In this document: piece after piece, positions 9,668-20,983 of the stretch
Position numbering within the stretch: the stretch's first letter is position 1
Layout of the letters: each line of letters begins with the position of its first letter
DNA from: an uncultured Candidatus Rokubacteria bacterium
GTDB taxonomy: Bacteria; Methylomirabilota; Methylomirabilia; Rokubacteriales; CSP1-6
Assembly (NCBI GenBank): GCA_963754315.1
Contig: CAVWFS010000019.1
Location: 640,001-704,000 of the forward strand
DNA length: 64,000 nt
Direction of reading: 5' to 3'
The notes under the pieces: generated by a model
The model's database searches: none
The model's input: the letters and a program-made list of their open reading frames with translations, nothing else
What the model was told of the DNA's origin: nothing
Made by a program: the position numbers and the translations under genes

Positions 9668-10588
9668 ATGAGAAAGTTCATTGTCAAGCGCCTCTTTTAC
9701 TCGCTGATCTCGCTTATTCTGCTATCCCTGACGATCTTCCTGATCGTGCGCATCACCGGCGATCCTACGACCTTGCTCGTGGAGCCCGGTGCCAGCAAGG
9801 GCGACATCGAGGCCCTGCGCGCCCAGCTCGGCCTCGATCGCCCCCTGTGGGTCCAGTACGGCGCGTTCATGAGCAACCTGCTTCGGGGCGACTTCGGCCA
9901 GTCGTTCTACTACCGAACACCCGTCTTCGAGCTCTACCTGTCCCGCCTTCCGTACTCGCTGTTTCTGGCGCTTGTGGCCATGGCCTTCTCGCTCATCATC
10001 GGTATCCCCAGCGGAATCATGGCCGCGATCCGGGTCAACCGGTGGTGGGACCGCGTCGGGAAGATCTTTTCCCTGCTCGGGCTCTCCATGCCACCGTTCT
10101 GGGCGGGTCTGCTGCTGATCCTGTTCTTTTCCGTCTACCTCGGCTGGCTGCCTTCCTCAGGGGCGGGCGGGTTCCAGCATGTCCTCATGCCGGCCTTTGC
10201 CCTTGGCTGGTTCTTCGCGGCCGCCCACATGCGACTGACCCGCTCGTCCATGCTCGAGGTGCTAGGTTCCGAGTACGTGAAGCTGGCGCGGCTCAAGGGG
10301 CTGCCGGAGGCCCTTGTCATCGCCAAGCACGCCTTCAAGAACGCGCTGATCCCGGTCCTCACCCTGGCCGGAATCAACCTCGTCCTCATGGTGAACGTCG
10401 CCGTGGTCGTGGAGACGGTATTCGCGTGGCCCGGGGTGGGCCGCTTGATGTATGAGGGCATTAGCTTCCGCGATTTCCCGATCGTGCAGGCCACCACCTT
10501 GCTAGGAGGGGCTATGATTGTCGTGGTGAACCTCGTCGTCGACATCCTCTACGCCGTCATCGATCCGAGGATCCGCTATGAGCGTTAG
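9668..10588 (+). CDS. Peptide/nickel ABC transporter permease (DppB/OppB-like)
   Basis: LGLDRPLWVQY, TRSSMLEVL...ARLKGL...HAFKNA EAA region, ETVFAWPGVG. Confidence 0.93.
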   Translation: MRKFIVKRLFYSLISLILLSLTIFLIVRITGDPTTLLVEPGASKGDIEALRAQLGLDRPLWVQYGAFMSNLLRGDFGQSFYYRTPVFELYLSRLPYSLFLALVAMAFSLIIGIPSGIMAAIRVNRWWDRVGKIFSLLGLSMPPFWAGLLLILFFSVYLGWLPSSGAGGFQHVLMPAFALGWFFAAAHMRLTRSSMLEVLGSEYVKLARLKGLPEALVIAKHAFKNALIPVLTLAGINLVLMVNVAVVVETVFAWPGVGRLMYEGISFRDFPIVQATTLLGGAMIVVVNLVVDILYAVIDPRIRYER

Positions 10589-11462
10589 CCGCGCCGCGAC
10601 CTTCAATCTCGTCTGGCGAGTGGCCAGCTTCCGTCGGGAAGGCCTACCCGTGGTGCCCCTCGCGATCATGGCTGTGCTGGCCCTGACGGCGATCTTCGCC
10701 GACGTGATCGCTCCGCACGATCCGCAGATCGGTGTCCTGGGCGCCCGCTTCAAGCCACCGTTCTGGCAGACCGGGGGCAGCACGGAATTCCTGCTGGGGA
10801 CCGACCACCTCGGCCGCGACGTGCTGTCGCGCCTGATCTTCGGCGCGCGCGTCTCCATGGTGGTGGGTTTGACGGCGGTCCTGATCGCCGGCGCGATCGG
10901 AACCACGCTCGGCATCGTGTCGGGCTACCTGGGCAAATGGGTCGACCAGGTCATCATGCGCATCACCGATACCTGGCTGGCCTTTCCTGCGCTGGTTCTC
11001 GCGATCTTCCTGGCCGCCGTGGTGGGACCGAGCGAGAGGAACATCATCATCATCCTGGCCGCTACCTACTGGACGCGGTATGCGCGGGTCATTCGCGGGG
11101 AGGTCCTCTCGCTCAAGGAGCGCGACTTCGTCCGGCTGGCCATCGTGGCCGGCTGCTCGAAGTGGACCATCATGCGCCGCCACATGCTACCCAACGTGTT
11201 GAATTCGGCCTTCGTCATCGCCACCCTCATGCTCGGTGTGGTGATCGTCGCCGAAGCCTCGCTGAGCTTCCTGGGCGTCGGCGTGCCACCGCCGAAGCCG
11301 GCGTGGGGTCTCATGCTGGCCGACGGTAAGAAGGGGCTGATGGCCGGCTATTGGTGGCTCACTGTCTTCCCAGGCGCCTGCATTATGCTGATGGTGCTGT
11401 CGGCCAACCTCCTGGGTGACTGGCTCCGCGTGAAGCTCGATCCGCAGCTTCGCCAACTGTGA
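10578..11462 (+). CDS. Peptide/nickel ABC transporter permease (DppC/OppC-like)
   Basis: LGTDHLGRDVLSRLIFGARVS and EASLSFLGVGVPPP..WG motifs. Confidence 0.93.
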   Translation: MSVSRAATFNLVWRVASFRREGLPVVPLAIMAVLALTAIFADVIAPHDPQIGVLGARFKPPFWQTGGSTEFLLGTDHLGRDVLSRLIFGARVSMVVGLTAVLIAGAIGTTLGIVSGYLGKWVDQVIMRITDTWLAFPALVLAIFLAAVVGPSERNIIIILAATYWTRYARVIRGEVLSLKERDFVRLAIVAGCSKWTIMRRHMLPNVLNSAFVIATLMLGVVIVAEASLSFLGVGVPPPKPAWGLMLADGKKGLMAGYWWLTVFPGACIMLMVLSANLLGDWLRVKLDPQLRQL

Positions 11463-12427
11463 AGCTGCTCGAGGTCGACGGCCTCAGCACCCATTACGTC
11501 TCGGCGGGGGGCACCCGGGTCACCCGCGCCGTCGACAACGTGTCCTTCTCGCTGGACGCCGGGGGCACCCTCGGCATTGTGGGCGAGTCGGGGTCGGGCA
11601 AGACCACCCTCGCCCTCTCCCTCCTGCGCTTACTGCCGACGGCAGCCCACATTGTGGGAGGCGCCATTCGCTTCGAAGGCGAAGATCTTCTGACCAAATC
11701 CGATCAAGAAATGCGACGGATTCGTGGGAAGCGGATGGCCATGATCTTGCAGGACCCCATGGCGTCGCTGGACCCACTCTTCACCGTGGGTGATCAGGTC
11801 GCGGAAACGCTCCGGGCGCACGAGAATGTCACCCGGCGGAGCGCGTGGACGAAGGCGCGGGACCTCCTGGCTGCCGTGCGAATCGCAGCCCCCTCTCAGC
11901 GCGTCCGGGAATTTCCCCACGAGCTCTCGGGCGGTATGCGCCAACGGATCGTGGGCGCCATCGCCATCTCGTGCGAGCCGCGTTTGCTCATCGCCGACGA
12001 GCCGACGACCAGCCTCGACGTGACCATTCAGGCCCAGTACCTGAGCCTGCTGCGCGATCTGCAGCGCGAGTACGGCCTGGCCCTGATCTTCATCACCCAC
12101 AACCTCGGCATCGTGGCCAAGATGTGCGACGCGGTGGCGGTGATGTATGCGGGTCGGCTGGTGGAATCGGGACCCGTGCGCCAGATCTTCAACTCCCCGG
12201 CCCACCCCTACACGAAGGCCCTCATCGAGTCGATCCCGCGCCTCGGTGACTCCACGGTCCGCCTCACAGCCATCGACGGCCAGCCACCAGATCCCAGCGC
12301 CCTTCCCTCCGGGTGCGCCTTCCATCCGCGCTGCCCGAAGGCCATGGAGCGCTGCCGGATCGAAGCGCCTCCCAACGTCGAGGTCGCCAAGAGCCAGATG
12401 ACCGCCTGCTGGCTGTGGGCGCCATGA
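11459..12427 (+). CDS. Peptide ABC transporter ATPase (DppD/OppD-like)
   Basis: GESGSGKT Walker A, LSGGMRQR, LIADEPT, oligo_HPY C-terminus with GCAFHPRC. Confidence 0.94.
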   Translation: MKLLEVDGLSTHYVSAGGTRVTRAVDNVSFSLDAGGTLGIVGESGSGKTTLALSLLRLLPTAAHIVGGAIRFEGEDLLTKSDQEMRRIRGKRMAMILQDPMASLDPLFTVGDQVAETLRAHENVTRRSAWTKARDLLAAVRIAAPSQRVREFPHELSGGMRQRIVGAIAISCEPRLLIADEPTTSLDVTIQAQYLSLLRDLQREYGLALIFITHNLGIVAKMCDAVAVMYAGRLVESGPVRQIFNSPAHPYTKALIESIPRLGDSTVRLTAIDGQPPDPSALPSGCAFHPRCPKAMERCRIEAPPNVEVAKSQMTACWLWAP

Positions 12428-13405
12428 AGGAGCGCACGACCCCGGTCATCGAGGCTCGTCACCTCACCAAGCATTTTCCGGTACGGAGCGGCCTCTTCTC
12501 CCGGCCCACCGGCTATGTGAGTGCGGTCGACGATATCTCGTTCGGCATCGAGACGGGCCGTACGCTTGGCGTCGTGGGTGAGTCTGGCTGTGGCAAGACC
12601 ACCACCGCCAAGCTGGTGCTGAAGCTGGAAGAGCCCACGGGCGGCGAGCTTCTCTTCGAGGGCAAGAATCTCCAGACACATGATGCCGAGGAGGTCCGCT
12701 CTCTATCGTCGCTCCGTGCAGGCGGTGTTCCAGGATCCCTATGCCTCGTTGAACCCGCGCATGCGCATCAGTGCCATCATCACCGAACCGCTCATCACCA
12801 ATGAGCGCACCACCTCGGCCCAGGCCAGCACTCGCGTTGAGCAGCTGCTCGATGTGGTGGGCTTGCCGCGCCGGTGCGCGTCCTATTTTCCCCATGAGTT
12901 TTCGGGTGGGCAGCGTCAGCGGATCGCCATTGCGCGATCCCTGGCCCTCTCCCCGAAGCTGCTCGTCCTCGACGAGCCGGTGTCGGCGCTCGACGTATCG
13001 ATCCGGGCCCAGATCCTGAACCTGCTGCGCGATCTGCAAATCCAGCTCGGGCTCTCCTATCTGTTTATCGCCCACGACCTGGCGGCGGTGGCCCACATGA
13101 GCCACACCATCGCCGTCATGTACCTCGGCAAGATCGTGGAGGTTGGTGAGGCCAACACCGTTGCCAAGGATCCGAAGCACCCGTACACGCAGGCGCTCTT
13201 CTCGGCCGCTCTGCCCTCCCACCCCGACGACCATCGGGAGGGGATCGTCCTGGCGGGTGAGGTCCCAAGTCCTCTCAACCCCCCGGCGGGGTGCCGATTC
13301 CACCCCCGGTGCGCCTTCGCGATGCCCCGTTGCTCCACCGAGGTTCCGGCGCTCCAGCTTGTCGAGGGCCGCGAGGTCGCCTGTCATCTCTTCCCGACCC
13401 AGTAG
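12424..13405 (+). CDS. Peptide ABC transporter ATPase (DppF/OppF-like), single-base frameshift near 12698
   Basis: GESGCGKTT in the frame from ATG 12424; [20 protein letters not shown] and HPYT in the +1 frame. Confidence 0.88.
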
Positions 13406-13420
13406 TCCGAGGAGGGAGCC

Positions 13421-13966
13421 GTGATCACACTGAGTTGGTCGGCGCTCGCGCTCCGTGGTGTCCTGGCGATCATCTTCGGCATCCTGCTCTTCATCTGGCC
13501 CGGTATCTCGTTGTTCGTCCTCGTGCTCTTTTTCGGGGCCCACGCGCTCATCGACGGGGTGTTGGCGCTCGTGGCCGCCTTCCGTGGCTCGAGGTCGGGT
13601 GGACGGTGGTGGGCCATGCTCATCCAGGGCATCCTCGGTATCGCGACTGGAATCGTCACCTTCGTGTGGCCCGGACTGACAGCCTTCGTGCTTCTGTATT
13701 TCATCGCGATATGGGCCATCATCATCGGGATCTTCGAGATCGTTGCCGCCATCCGCCTGCGCAAAGAGATCGAGGGCGAGTGGCTGCTCGCCCTGCGGGG
13801 GGTGCTGGCCGTGCTCTTCGGCGTGATCCTCATCATCAGTCCCGGAGCGGGCGCCCTCGCCGTGGTATGGACCATCGGGATCTTCTCGATTGCTCTTGGT
13901 GTGCTGGAACTGGTCCTGGCCATGCGCCTTCGGGGTCACCACCAGCGGAGAGTCGCCACCGCCTGA
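13421..13966 (+). CDS. HdeD/DUF308 family membrane protein
   Basis: W..LALRGVLAIIFG..WPG repeat architecture, about 6 hydrophobic segments, GGAGG SD. Confidence 0.85.
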   Translation: MITLSWSALALRGVLAIIFGILLFIWPGISLFVLVLFFGAHALIDGVLALVAAFRGSRSGGRWWAMLIQGILGIATGIVTFVWPGLTAFVLLYFIAIWAIIIGIFEIVAAIRLRKEIEGEWLLALRGVLAVLFGVILIISPGAGALAVVWTIGIFSIALGVLELVLAMRLRGHHQRRVATA

Positions 13967-14050
13967 GCGCCTTCTGATACCGGCTCCTGGCCAACGCAGC
14001 GCCCCCCTCACCCTGGCGGGGGGTCGCGCTTTCGAGCGGCCCCTACAATG

Positions 14051-14185
14051 CTAGGGGAGGTTGACCGTGCCGGAGACTCCGGCTCGGCGCACGATCTCCT
14101 GGACGAGCGGGGTGAACATCATCACGACGAACAAGGCCGTGATGACCGCGATAGCCCAGCGAAGGAGCCGGGGAAAGGAGCCCAC
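14051..14185 (-). CDS. Putative 44-aa single-pass membrane protein (not in ORF track)
   Basis: GTG 14185 to TAG 14051: MGSFPRLLRWAIAVITALFVVMMFTPLVQEIVRRAGVSGTVNLP. High GC3 codons; TAGATT 10 nt upstream. Confidence 0.55.
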   Translation of the reverse strand: MGSFPRLLRWAIAVITALFVVMMFTPLVQEIVRRAGVSGTVNLP

Positions 14186-14284
14186 CTTCCGTCGGAATCT
14201 AGGTCTGGTGGTCCCGCCCTGTCAAGGGCGCCGCTGATCGAATCGCTTCCTCCGTACGCGGGGCTGGTGCCAGAATGCTGTGCC

Positions 14285-14662
14285 ATGAAAACCCTCGCGC
14301 TCCGTCTTGTTGCGATGAGTCTCATGCCCAGTTTCCTGACCGCCTGTGCGAGCGGGCCGATTCCCGGGGGGCTCACCCGCCCAGGAGAACCCGCGGTTTC
14401 GGCCGTCATGAACTATCGGTCCAGTATCCTGGGGGGCTCTGGAAAGCTGTGGACGACCCTCCCGACGGGCGAGCACTTCACGGGAAAGTATCAGCTCGTG
14501 CCGCACGCGCGCGACCGGCAGATGACCAGCACCCTGACGGGAGACCGTGGATCCACCATGGTTTGCCGCTTTACCCTCAGCGAGCCGGGAGTGGGCCCGG
14601 ACAAGGGCGGTACGGTTCAGTGCCAGCTCTCCACGGGCGGCACCTTCGACGCCACATTCTGA
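14285..14662 (+). CDS. Hypothetical lipoprotein
   Basis: MKTLALRLVAMSLMPSFLTA-C lipobox, beta-rich body with two Cys. Confidence 0.7.
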   Translation: MKTLALRLVAMSLMPSFLTACASGPIPGGLTRPGEPAVSAVMNYRSSILGGSGKLWTTLPTGEHFTGKYQLVPHARDRQMTSTLTGDRGSTMVCRFTLSEPGVGPDKGGTVQCQLSTGGTFDATF

Positions 14663-14754
14663 GCAATGCTCAATCCACGTCCTCCAAAGGCCGGTCGACA
14701 TGGCCACGCAATCTCCCGACCGTCCCAGGGCTTTTCATCTGTTACATTCTCTCT

Positions 14755-15696
14755 GTGATCACCCCCGCGCGCGTGACCCTCTGCGAGGTCGGGACCCGTG
14801 ACGGGTTCCAGATCGAGCCCCAGTTCATCCCAACCGAGCAAAAGATCGAGGTCGTCGACCTGCTCTCAGAGGCCGGTCTGCCTCGTATCGAAGTGACATC
14901 GTTCGTCCACCCCAAGGCGGTGCCCCAGCTCCGCGACGCCGAAGAGGTCATGGCGAAGATCCGTCGGCGGCCGGGGACGCAGTACGCTGCGCTGGTCCCC
15001 AACGACAAGGGCGCCGTGCGGGCGGTGGACGCCGGTGTGGACGCCGTCCACACGGTCGTGAGTGCGAGCGAAAGCCACAATCTCGCCAACGTCAACATGA
15101 GCATCGCCGAATCGCTCGACAAGCTGGCGGCCGTCCTGCAGGTTGCCGCCCGCGCCCGGGTCCCGGTCAGCTGTGGGATTTCGACGTCCTTCGGCTGTCC
15201 TTTCGAGGGCGATGTCCCCCTGAGCCAGCTCGATTCCATCATCGGGCGGCTCGCCGATGGCGGCGCCCGCGCCTTTGGCCTGGCCGATACGACAGGGATG
15301 GCCAACCCGCGCCAGGTCGCCCGCGTCTTCGAGCACCTGGTCCCGCGGTTTCCCGGCGTTGAGTGGACCCTCCACACGCATGACACCAGGGCCATGGCCA
15401 TCCCCAACATCCTGGCCGCCATGGAATACGGGGTGACGCATCTGGACGGCTCCATCGGAGGCCTTGGGGGGTGCCCCTTCGCGCCGGGTGCGTCCGGGAA
15501 CGTGTGCAGCGAGGACCTCGTCCACTGTCTGCACGCGATGGGGATCGAGACCGGCATCGACCTGGATCGTTTGATTGCGGTGTCTCGTCGCGTACAGGAG
15601 ATCGTCGGGCGCCCGCTCCCGGGCCAGATCGTGAAAGCTGGTACGTGGGACCGGCGCTACCCGCTCCCGGACACCGTCGCTGCCCGGCGGGCATGA
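14755..15696 (+). CDS. Hydroxymethylglutaryl-CoA lyase family
   Basis: EVGTRDGFQ, TSFVHPKAVPQ, HTHDTR and GGLGGCPFAPGASGN motifs. GTG start 6 nt after TACATT. Confidence 0.92.
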   Translation: MITPARVTLCEVGTRDGFQIEPQFIPTEQKIEVVDLLSEAGLPRIEVTSFVHPKAVPQLRDAEEVMAKIRRRPGTQYAALVPNDKGAVRAVDAGVDAVHTVVSASESHNLANVNMSIAESLDKLAAVLQVAARARVPVSCGISTSFGCPFEGDVPLSQLDSIIGRLADGGARAFGLADTTGMANPRQVARVFEHLVPRFPGVEWTLHTHDTRAMAIPNILAAMEYGVTHLDGSIGGLGGCPFAPGASGNVCSEDLVHCLHAMGIETGIDLDRLIAVSRRVQEIVGRPLPGQIVKAGTWDRRYPLPDTVAARRA

Positions 15697-16250
15697 CCAA
15701 GAGCGCTCAGCGGATGCTGGCATTGATGGATCGGGCCACCACGCGCTGGCACATTCCCGTGATCGGCCGAGCCAAGGGGCGCGTCATCAGGCGGCTCCTC
15801 GAGAAGCATCGGTCCCGACGCGCGGTCGAGCTCGGCTCGCTCATTGGGTACTCGGCGATTCTCATCGCCGGCTCCTTGGCTCCTGGCGGAAAGCTGGTCT
15901 GCATCGAGGCTCATCCTTTTCTCGCCACGCTCGTGGAGGCCAACGTCGAGGAGGCTGGACTCGCCCGCCGCGTAAGAGTCGTGGCGGGTGATGCGCTTCG
16001 CGTTCTGCCGCTGCTGCCCGGCCGCTTTGACTTCGTGCTGATCGACGCCGCCAAGGAGGACTATCTCGACTACCTCCGTCAGCTGGAGCCCAAGCTGTCC
16101 CCCGGCGCCGTGGTGGTGGCCGACAATACCGGCATCTTCCGGCGCGACGTGTCGCCCTATCTCGATTACGTCCGGAGTACGGCGGGCCGCTACAAGAGTC
16201 GCGAGTACGAGTTCGGTGATGACACGATGGAAGTCTCCATCCTGACCTGA
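15693..16250 (+). CDS. O-methyltransferase (class I SAM, COMT/YrrM-like)
   Basis: VELGSLIGYS, FDFVLIDAAKEDY and VVADN motifs. ATGA overlap with the upstream gene. Confidence 0.88.
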   Translation: MTKSAQRMLALMDRATTRWHIPVIGRAKGRVIRRLLEKHRSRRAVELGSLIGYSAILIAGSLAPGGKLVCIEAHPFLATLVEANVEEAGLARRVRVVAGDALRVLPLLPGRFDFVLIDAAKEDYLDYLRQLEPKLSPGAVVVADNTGIFRRDVSPYLDYVRSTAGRYKSREYEFGDDTMEVSILT

Positions 16251-16290
16251 GCCTCGGAGCCGGGCCCAGACCGGCTAGAACGCGCACATT

Positions 16291-17262
16291 GTGGCCATCG
16301 TGAAACCGGAGCCAAGGCGGGCGGCCTACATTTCCCCGGGCGCTGACCTGGCAGCAGCCACCGAGCTCGCGCGTCGCGTAGATGAGCTCGACTATGACAG
16401 CGTGTGGGTGACGCATGGGCTCGGTCGGGACTCGTTCCTCGTGCTGGCTGCCTACGGCGCCGCCACGACCCACATCGGCCTCGGCAACGGGGTCGTGCCT
16501 ATCTATCCGCGGCATCCGGTGGCCATGGCCCAGGCCGCCCTCAGCCTGTCCGAGATGACCCGTGGGCGGTTTCGGCTCGGGATCGGCATCAGCCACCAGG
16601 CCAGCATGGAGTCGATGCTGGGGCTCGAGCTCAAGCAGCCCTTGACCGTCATGCGGGAATACGTCGCCGTCCTGCGTGGCGCGCTGGGCGAAGGCGCCTC
16701 GTTCACGGGCGAGCACTATCGGGCCCAGTGGAGCCTCGCGCTCCCGCGGCGCCCGCCCGCTCCGCCCATCTATCTGGCCGCCCTCTCGCGAAAAATGCTG
16801 GAACTGGCCGGGGAGATCGCCGACGGGGTAATCCTCTGGCTGTGCGCACCCGCCTACATTCGGGAGGTGGCGATACCGGCACTGACCCGGGGACGGCAGC
16901 GGACTGGCAAGACGCTCGAGAGCTTCGAGATCGTGGCCGCGGTGCCGGCCGCGCTCACCCTCGACCCGGTTGCCGCGCGCCGAGCCTTCCAGGCAGAGCT
17001 CGCGCGCTACCTGACACTGCCCTTCTACCGCACCATGCTCAACGCGAGCGGCTTCGGCGACGCGCTGCAGAGCTTCGATAGCACCGGCCGGACACCTGAC
17101 ACGCTGATGGACGCATTGGGCGCTATCGGTGACGAGGCCACCGGGCGCGCCTTCGTGGCAGCCCATCGTGCGGCCGGGGTGACCTTGCCCGCCGTGCGCC
17201 CGATCACCTTCCCCGACGCGGCGTGGTACCGCCCTACCCTGGAAGCCGGAGCAGGCTGGTAG
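16291..17262 (+). CDS. LLM-class (luciferase-like) flavin-dependent oxidoreductase
   Basis: [23 protein letters not shown] and [19 protein letters not shown] motifs. Confidence 0.9.
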   Translation: MAIVKPEPRRAAYISPGADLAAATELARRVDELDYDSVWVTHGLGRDSFLVLAAYGAATTHIGLGNGVVPIYPRHPVAMAQAALSLSEMTRGRFRLGIGISHQASMESMLGLELKQPLTVMREYVAVLRGALGEGASFTGEHYRAQWSLALPRRPPAPPIYLAALSRKMLELAGEIADGVILWLCAPAYIREVAIPALTRGRQRTGKTLESFEIVAAVPAALTLDPVAARRAFQAELARYLTLPFYRTMLNASGFGDALQSFDSTGRTPDTLMDALGAIGDEATGRAFVAAHRAAGVTLPAVRPITFPDAAWYRPTLEAGAGW

Positions 17263-17278
17263 GGAGAATCTGCCTGAC

Positions 17279-18017
<739 letters not shown>

Positions 18018-18023
18018 CCCGAC

Positions 18024-19976
18024 CTAGGCGAGCTCCCGGGCGGCGGCGCGGAAGGCGGCGATGTGGGAGGCGAGGCCGAAGACGCGAACCTGATCGCCGG
18101 CGCGCAGCACGGTCTCGGCGTCGGGATCGATGATCACGGCGCGGTCGGTGCGAGTGATCGACACGACGTTGACGCCGAAGCGCTCGCGAATGCGCGCTTC
18201 TCGCAGTGACTGATCGGCCAGCCCCCAGCCCTCGATGGTCACGTCCTGAATCTCCGGCAGAGGGTGGCGCACTGTGGTGTCGCGTGCCGCCCGCAAATCG
18301 ATGGCATCGCGGAAGCGCTCGAGATAGGCCACGACGGGGGGCGAGGGCATGGAGAGCCTTGCCAGGGCATGCCGGATCAGGGTGGCCGCGGCCTCCAATT
18401 CGGGCTGGACGACCTCGGTGGCGCCACCCTCGACGAGTTCCTCGTGGGCGGGGCCGTGATGAGCGCGGGCCAGGATGGCCATGTGCGGATTGAGGGCACG
18501 GAGCCCGCGCACCGCCAGACGCGCGCGCGCGATCTCCGGGATCGTGACCACGGCCAGGGCCGCCTGCGCGGCACCGGCCGCGCCCAAGATCTTGGGGTGG
18601 ACAGCGTCGCCGAAGAGGCACGAGACGCCACGACGCCGCAGATGCTTGACGATGTCGGGGTCGATCTCGATGACCGTGTAGGAGATGCGAAACGTTTCCA
18701 GTGCTTCCCCGACCGCGCTCCCTACCCGGCCGAAGCCGCACAGCACCACGTGCAATCCTGCCGGGCTCGGCGTTCCATCCGGCGACGAGATGGCGCGGGA
18801 CTCGCGGGCCAGCTGAATCCGCGCGATGGCGGCGGGGACCAGCTTCACGAGGAGGGCATTGACCAGGATGGTCAGCAGCGAGGCGGCCAGGACAGCGTTG
18901 TAGACATCATCGGACACGTGTCCGGCCTGCCGGGCCACCTGCACGAGAATGAACGAGAACTCCCCGATCTGGGTGAGCCCCACCCCCACCCGCAGGGCCG
19001 TCCAGAACGTGCGCTCGAACACCCAGACCACCAGCGTCCGCACGATCAGCTTGCCGATCACCACCAAACCGACGATCGCCCCGAGGAGGGGAAGGTGGCT
19101 GACCACGCTCAATGGATCGATGAGGGCCCCCACGGTGACGAAGAACAGAGCCACGAACGCATCGCGCAATGACAGGAGGCGCGCCAGCGTCTCGTGGGCG
19201 TAGTCCGACTCGCTGATGAGCAGTCCCGCCAGGAAAGCGCCAAGAGCCAGGGAAAGTCCAGCCGCCTGCGTCACCGCCGCCGCGCCCAACCCAATGGCGA
19301 GGGCAACCAGCAGGAACAGCTCCTGGTTGTGCGTCCGGGCCACCCGGGCAAGCAGAGGCGAGACGACCTTGAAGGCGAGGTAACCGAACGGGATCAGGAT
19401 GGCCGCCGCCTTCGCGAACGCCCATCCAAAGGCAAGGAGCCGCTCACCCCCCACTGTCCCCAGCACCGGGACCAGCACCGTCAGGACGACCACCGCCAGG
19501 TCCTCAACCAGGGCGGTCCCCACCATGATGCGCCCGTGCCGCGAGTGGAGCTCTCCACGGTCGAGAAGCAGGCGCGCCAGCACCATAGTGCTGGCCACCG
19601 AGATCACGATGCCGATGACGATGCCCTGTAGGAGCGGCCAGCCCAGGAGCAGCCCAACGCTGACGCTCAGCCCCACGATGAGCAGGATGCCGAGAGGGCC
19701 GCCCACAAACGCCACCCAGCGCACGCGCGCGAGGTCGCGCAGCGAGAACTCAATCCCGATGCAGAACATCAGCAGAACCACCCCGATCTCGGCGAACAGC
19801 TCGAAGGTGTGGACGTCGGAGACGGTGGGGCCGGGGGTGAAGGGGCCGATGAGGATTCCCCCCGCCACGTAGCCGAGGATCAGGGGTTGGCGCAGGATCC
19901 AGGCGACCGCCCCACCGAGCACGGCGGCCGCGAACACATAGGCCAGGTCGCGAAAGAAGATCGGATCGGTCGTCAT
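18024..19976 (-). CDS. CPA2 cation:proton antiporter with TrkA-N and TrkA-C (RCK) domains (YbaL/KefB-like)
   Basis: [31 protein letters not shown] and a C-terminal RCK-C domain. Confidence 0.92.
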   Translation of the reverse strand: MTTDPIFFRDLAYVFAAAVLGGAVAWILRQPLILGYVAGGILIGPFTPGPTVSDVHTFELFAEIGVVLLMFCIGIEFSLRDLARVRWVAFVGGPLGILLIVGLSVSVGLLLGWPLLQGIVIGIVISVASTMVLARLLLDRGELHSRHGRIMVGTALVEDLAVVVLTVLVPVLGTVGGERLLAFGWAFAKAAAILIPFGYLAFKVVSPLLARVARTHNQELFLLVALAIGLGAAAVTQAAGLSLALGAFLAGLLISESDYAHETLARLLSLRDAFVALFFVTVGALIDPLSVVSHLPLLGAIVGLVVIGKLIVRTLVVWVFERTFWTALRVGVGLTQIGEFSFILVQVARQAGHVSDDVYNAVLAASLLTILVNALLVKLVPAAIARIQLARESRAISSPDGTPSPAGLHVVLCGFGRVGSAVGEALETFRISYTVIEIDPDIVKHLRRRGVSCLFGDAVHPKILGAAGAAQAALAVVTIPEIARARLAVRGLRALNPHMAILARAHHGPAHEELVEGGATEVVQPELEAAATLIRHALARLSMPSPPVVAYLERFRDAIDLRAARDTTVRHPLPEIQDVTIEGWGLADQSLREARIRERFGVNVVSITRTDRAVIIDPDAETVLRAGDQVRVFGLASHIAAFRAAARELA

Positions 19977-20062
19977 CGCTGGCTCGACCGGGCGCGCGGG
20001 CTCAGCTCGTGAGCGACTGGGATACCGCGAGCGCGGGGCCGTTATGATACACGGTTAGGACC

Positions 20063-20983
20063 ATGCGGGCCTACGTCGTCTCCCGCCTCGCCCAGACGGC
20101 GCTGGTCGTGTTTCTCTCCATCTCCGCGGTCTTCGGCATGACCCGCCTCTCCGGGGACCCGGTTCTCCTCTTCATGCCGATGGACATACAGGCCAAGGAC
20201 GTGGACGAATGGCGTCAGCGCCTGGGTTTCAACGATTCTCTGGCGATTCAGTACGCGCGCTTCCTGGGCGGCGCCCTACGCGGGGACTTCGGTGAGTCGC
20301 TCCGCTATCGCCAGGACGCCCTCGGACTCGTTCTGCAACGGCTGCCCGCCACCCTGCTGCTCGCGGGCAGCGCCCTCGTTTTGACCCTGCTCGTCGCCGT
20401 TCCGCTCGGGGTGGTCACCGCCGTCCGCCGCGACTCGTGGCTGGACCATCTCGGGACCCTCTTCACCGTGCTCGGCCAGGCGGTGCCGGGCTTCTGGCTG
20501 GGCCTCATGCTTATCTATCTCTTTGCCGTCCACCTGCGCTGGCTCCCGACCGGCGGCCTCGGCAGCCTGGCGCACCTGGTGATGCCGTCCATCGTGCTGG
20601 CCGCCTTCTTCGCGGCACGCATCGCGCGGCTCACGCGCTCGACCGTCCTCGACGTCCTGCAGGAGGACTACATCCAGACCGCGCGCGCCAAGGGGCTCGG
20701 AGCGGGCGCGGTGATCGGCAAGCACACCCTGCGCAACTCCGCCATCCCGATCGTCACCCTGGTCGGCCTCGAGGCAGGTCAGCTCATCGGGGGCGCTGTC
20801 ATTACCGAAACGATCTTCGCGTGGCCGGGTCTCGGGCGGCTCACAGTGCAGGCGCTTCTCAATCGCGATTTCCCCCTTGTGCTGGCGGCGGTCTCGTTCA
20901 CGTCGATCGTCTACACGCTGCTCAATCTGATCGTCGACCTCGCCTATGGCTGGCTCGACCCGCGCATTCGAGTCAAGGCATGA
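20063..20983 (+). CDS. Peptide/nickel ABC transporter permease (DppB-like)
   Basis: GDFGESL, DYIQTARAKGL and TETIFAWPGLG motifs. Confidence 0.93.
   Translation: MRAYVVSRLAQTALVVFLSISAVFGMTRLSGDPVLLFMPMDIQAKDVDEWRQRLGFNDSLAIQYARFLGGALRGDFGESLRYRQDALGLVLQRLPATLLLAGSALVLTLLVAVPLGVVTAVRRDSWLDHLGTLFTVLGQAVPGFWLGLMLIYLFAVHLRWLPTGGLGSLAHLVMPSIVLAAFFAARIARLTRSTVLDVLQEDYIQTARAKGLGAGAVIGKHTLRNSAIPIVTLVGLEAGQLIGGAVITETIFAWPGLGRLTVQALLNRDFPLVLAAVSFTSIVYTLLNLIVDLAYGWLDPRIRVKA

Noticed and set aside
12464..14011. Long antisense ORFs (this one, and e.g. 539-1699, 2843-4063, 15862-17370, 31146-32477)
   Set aside because: Typical high-GC shadow frames opposite well-supported genes, with no recognisable motifs
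13998..14032. Intrinsic terminator after hdeD
   Set aside because: Imperfect C6/G6 stem with only a short T tract; too weak to call
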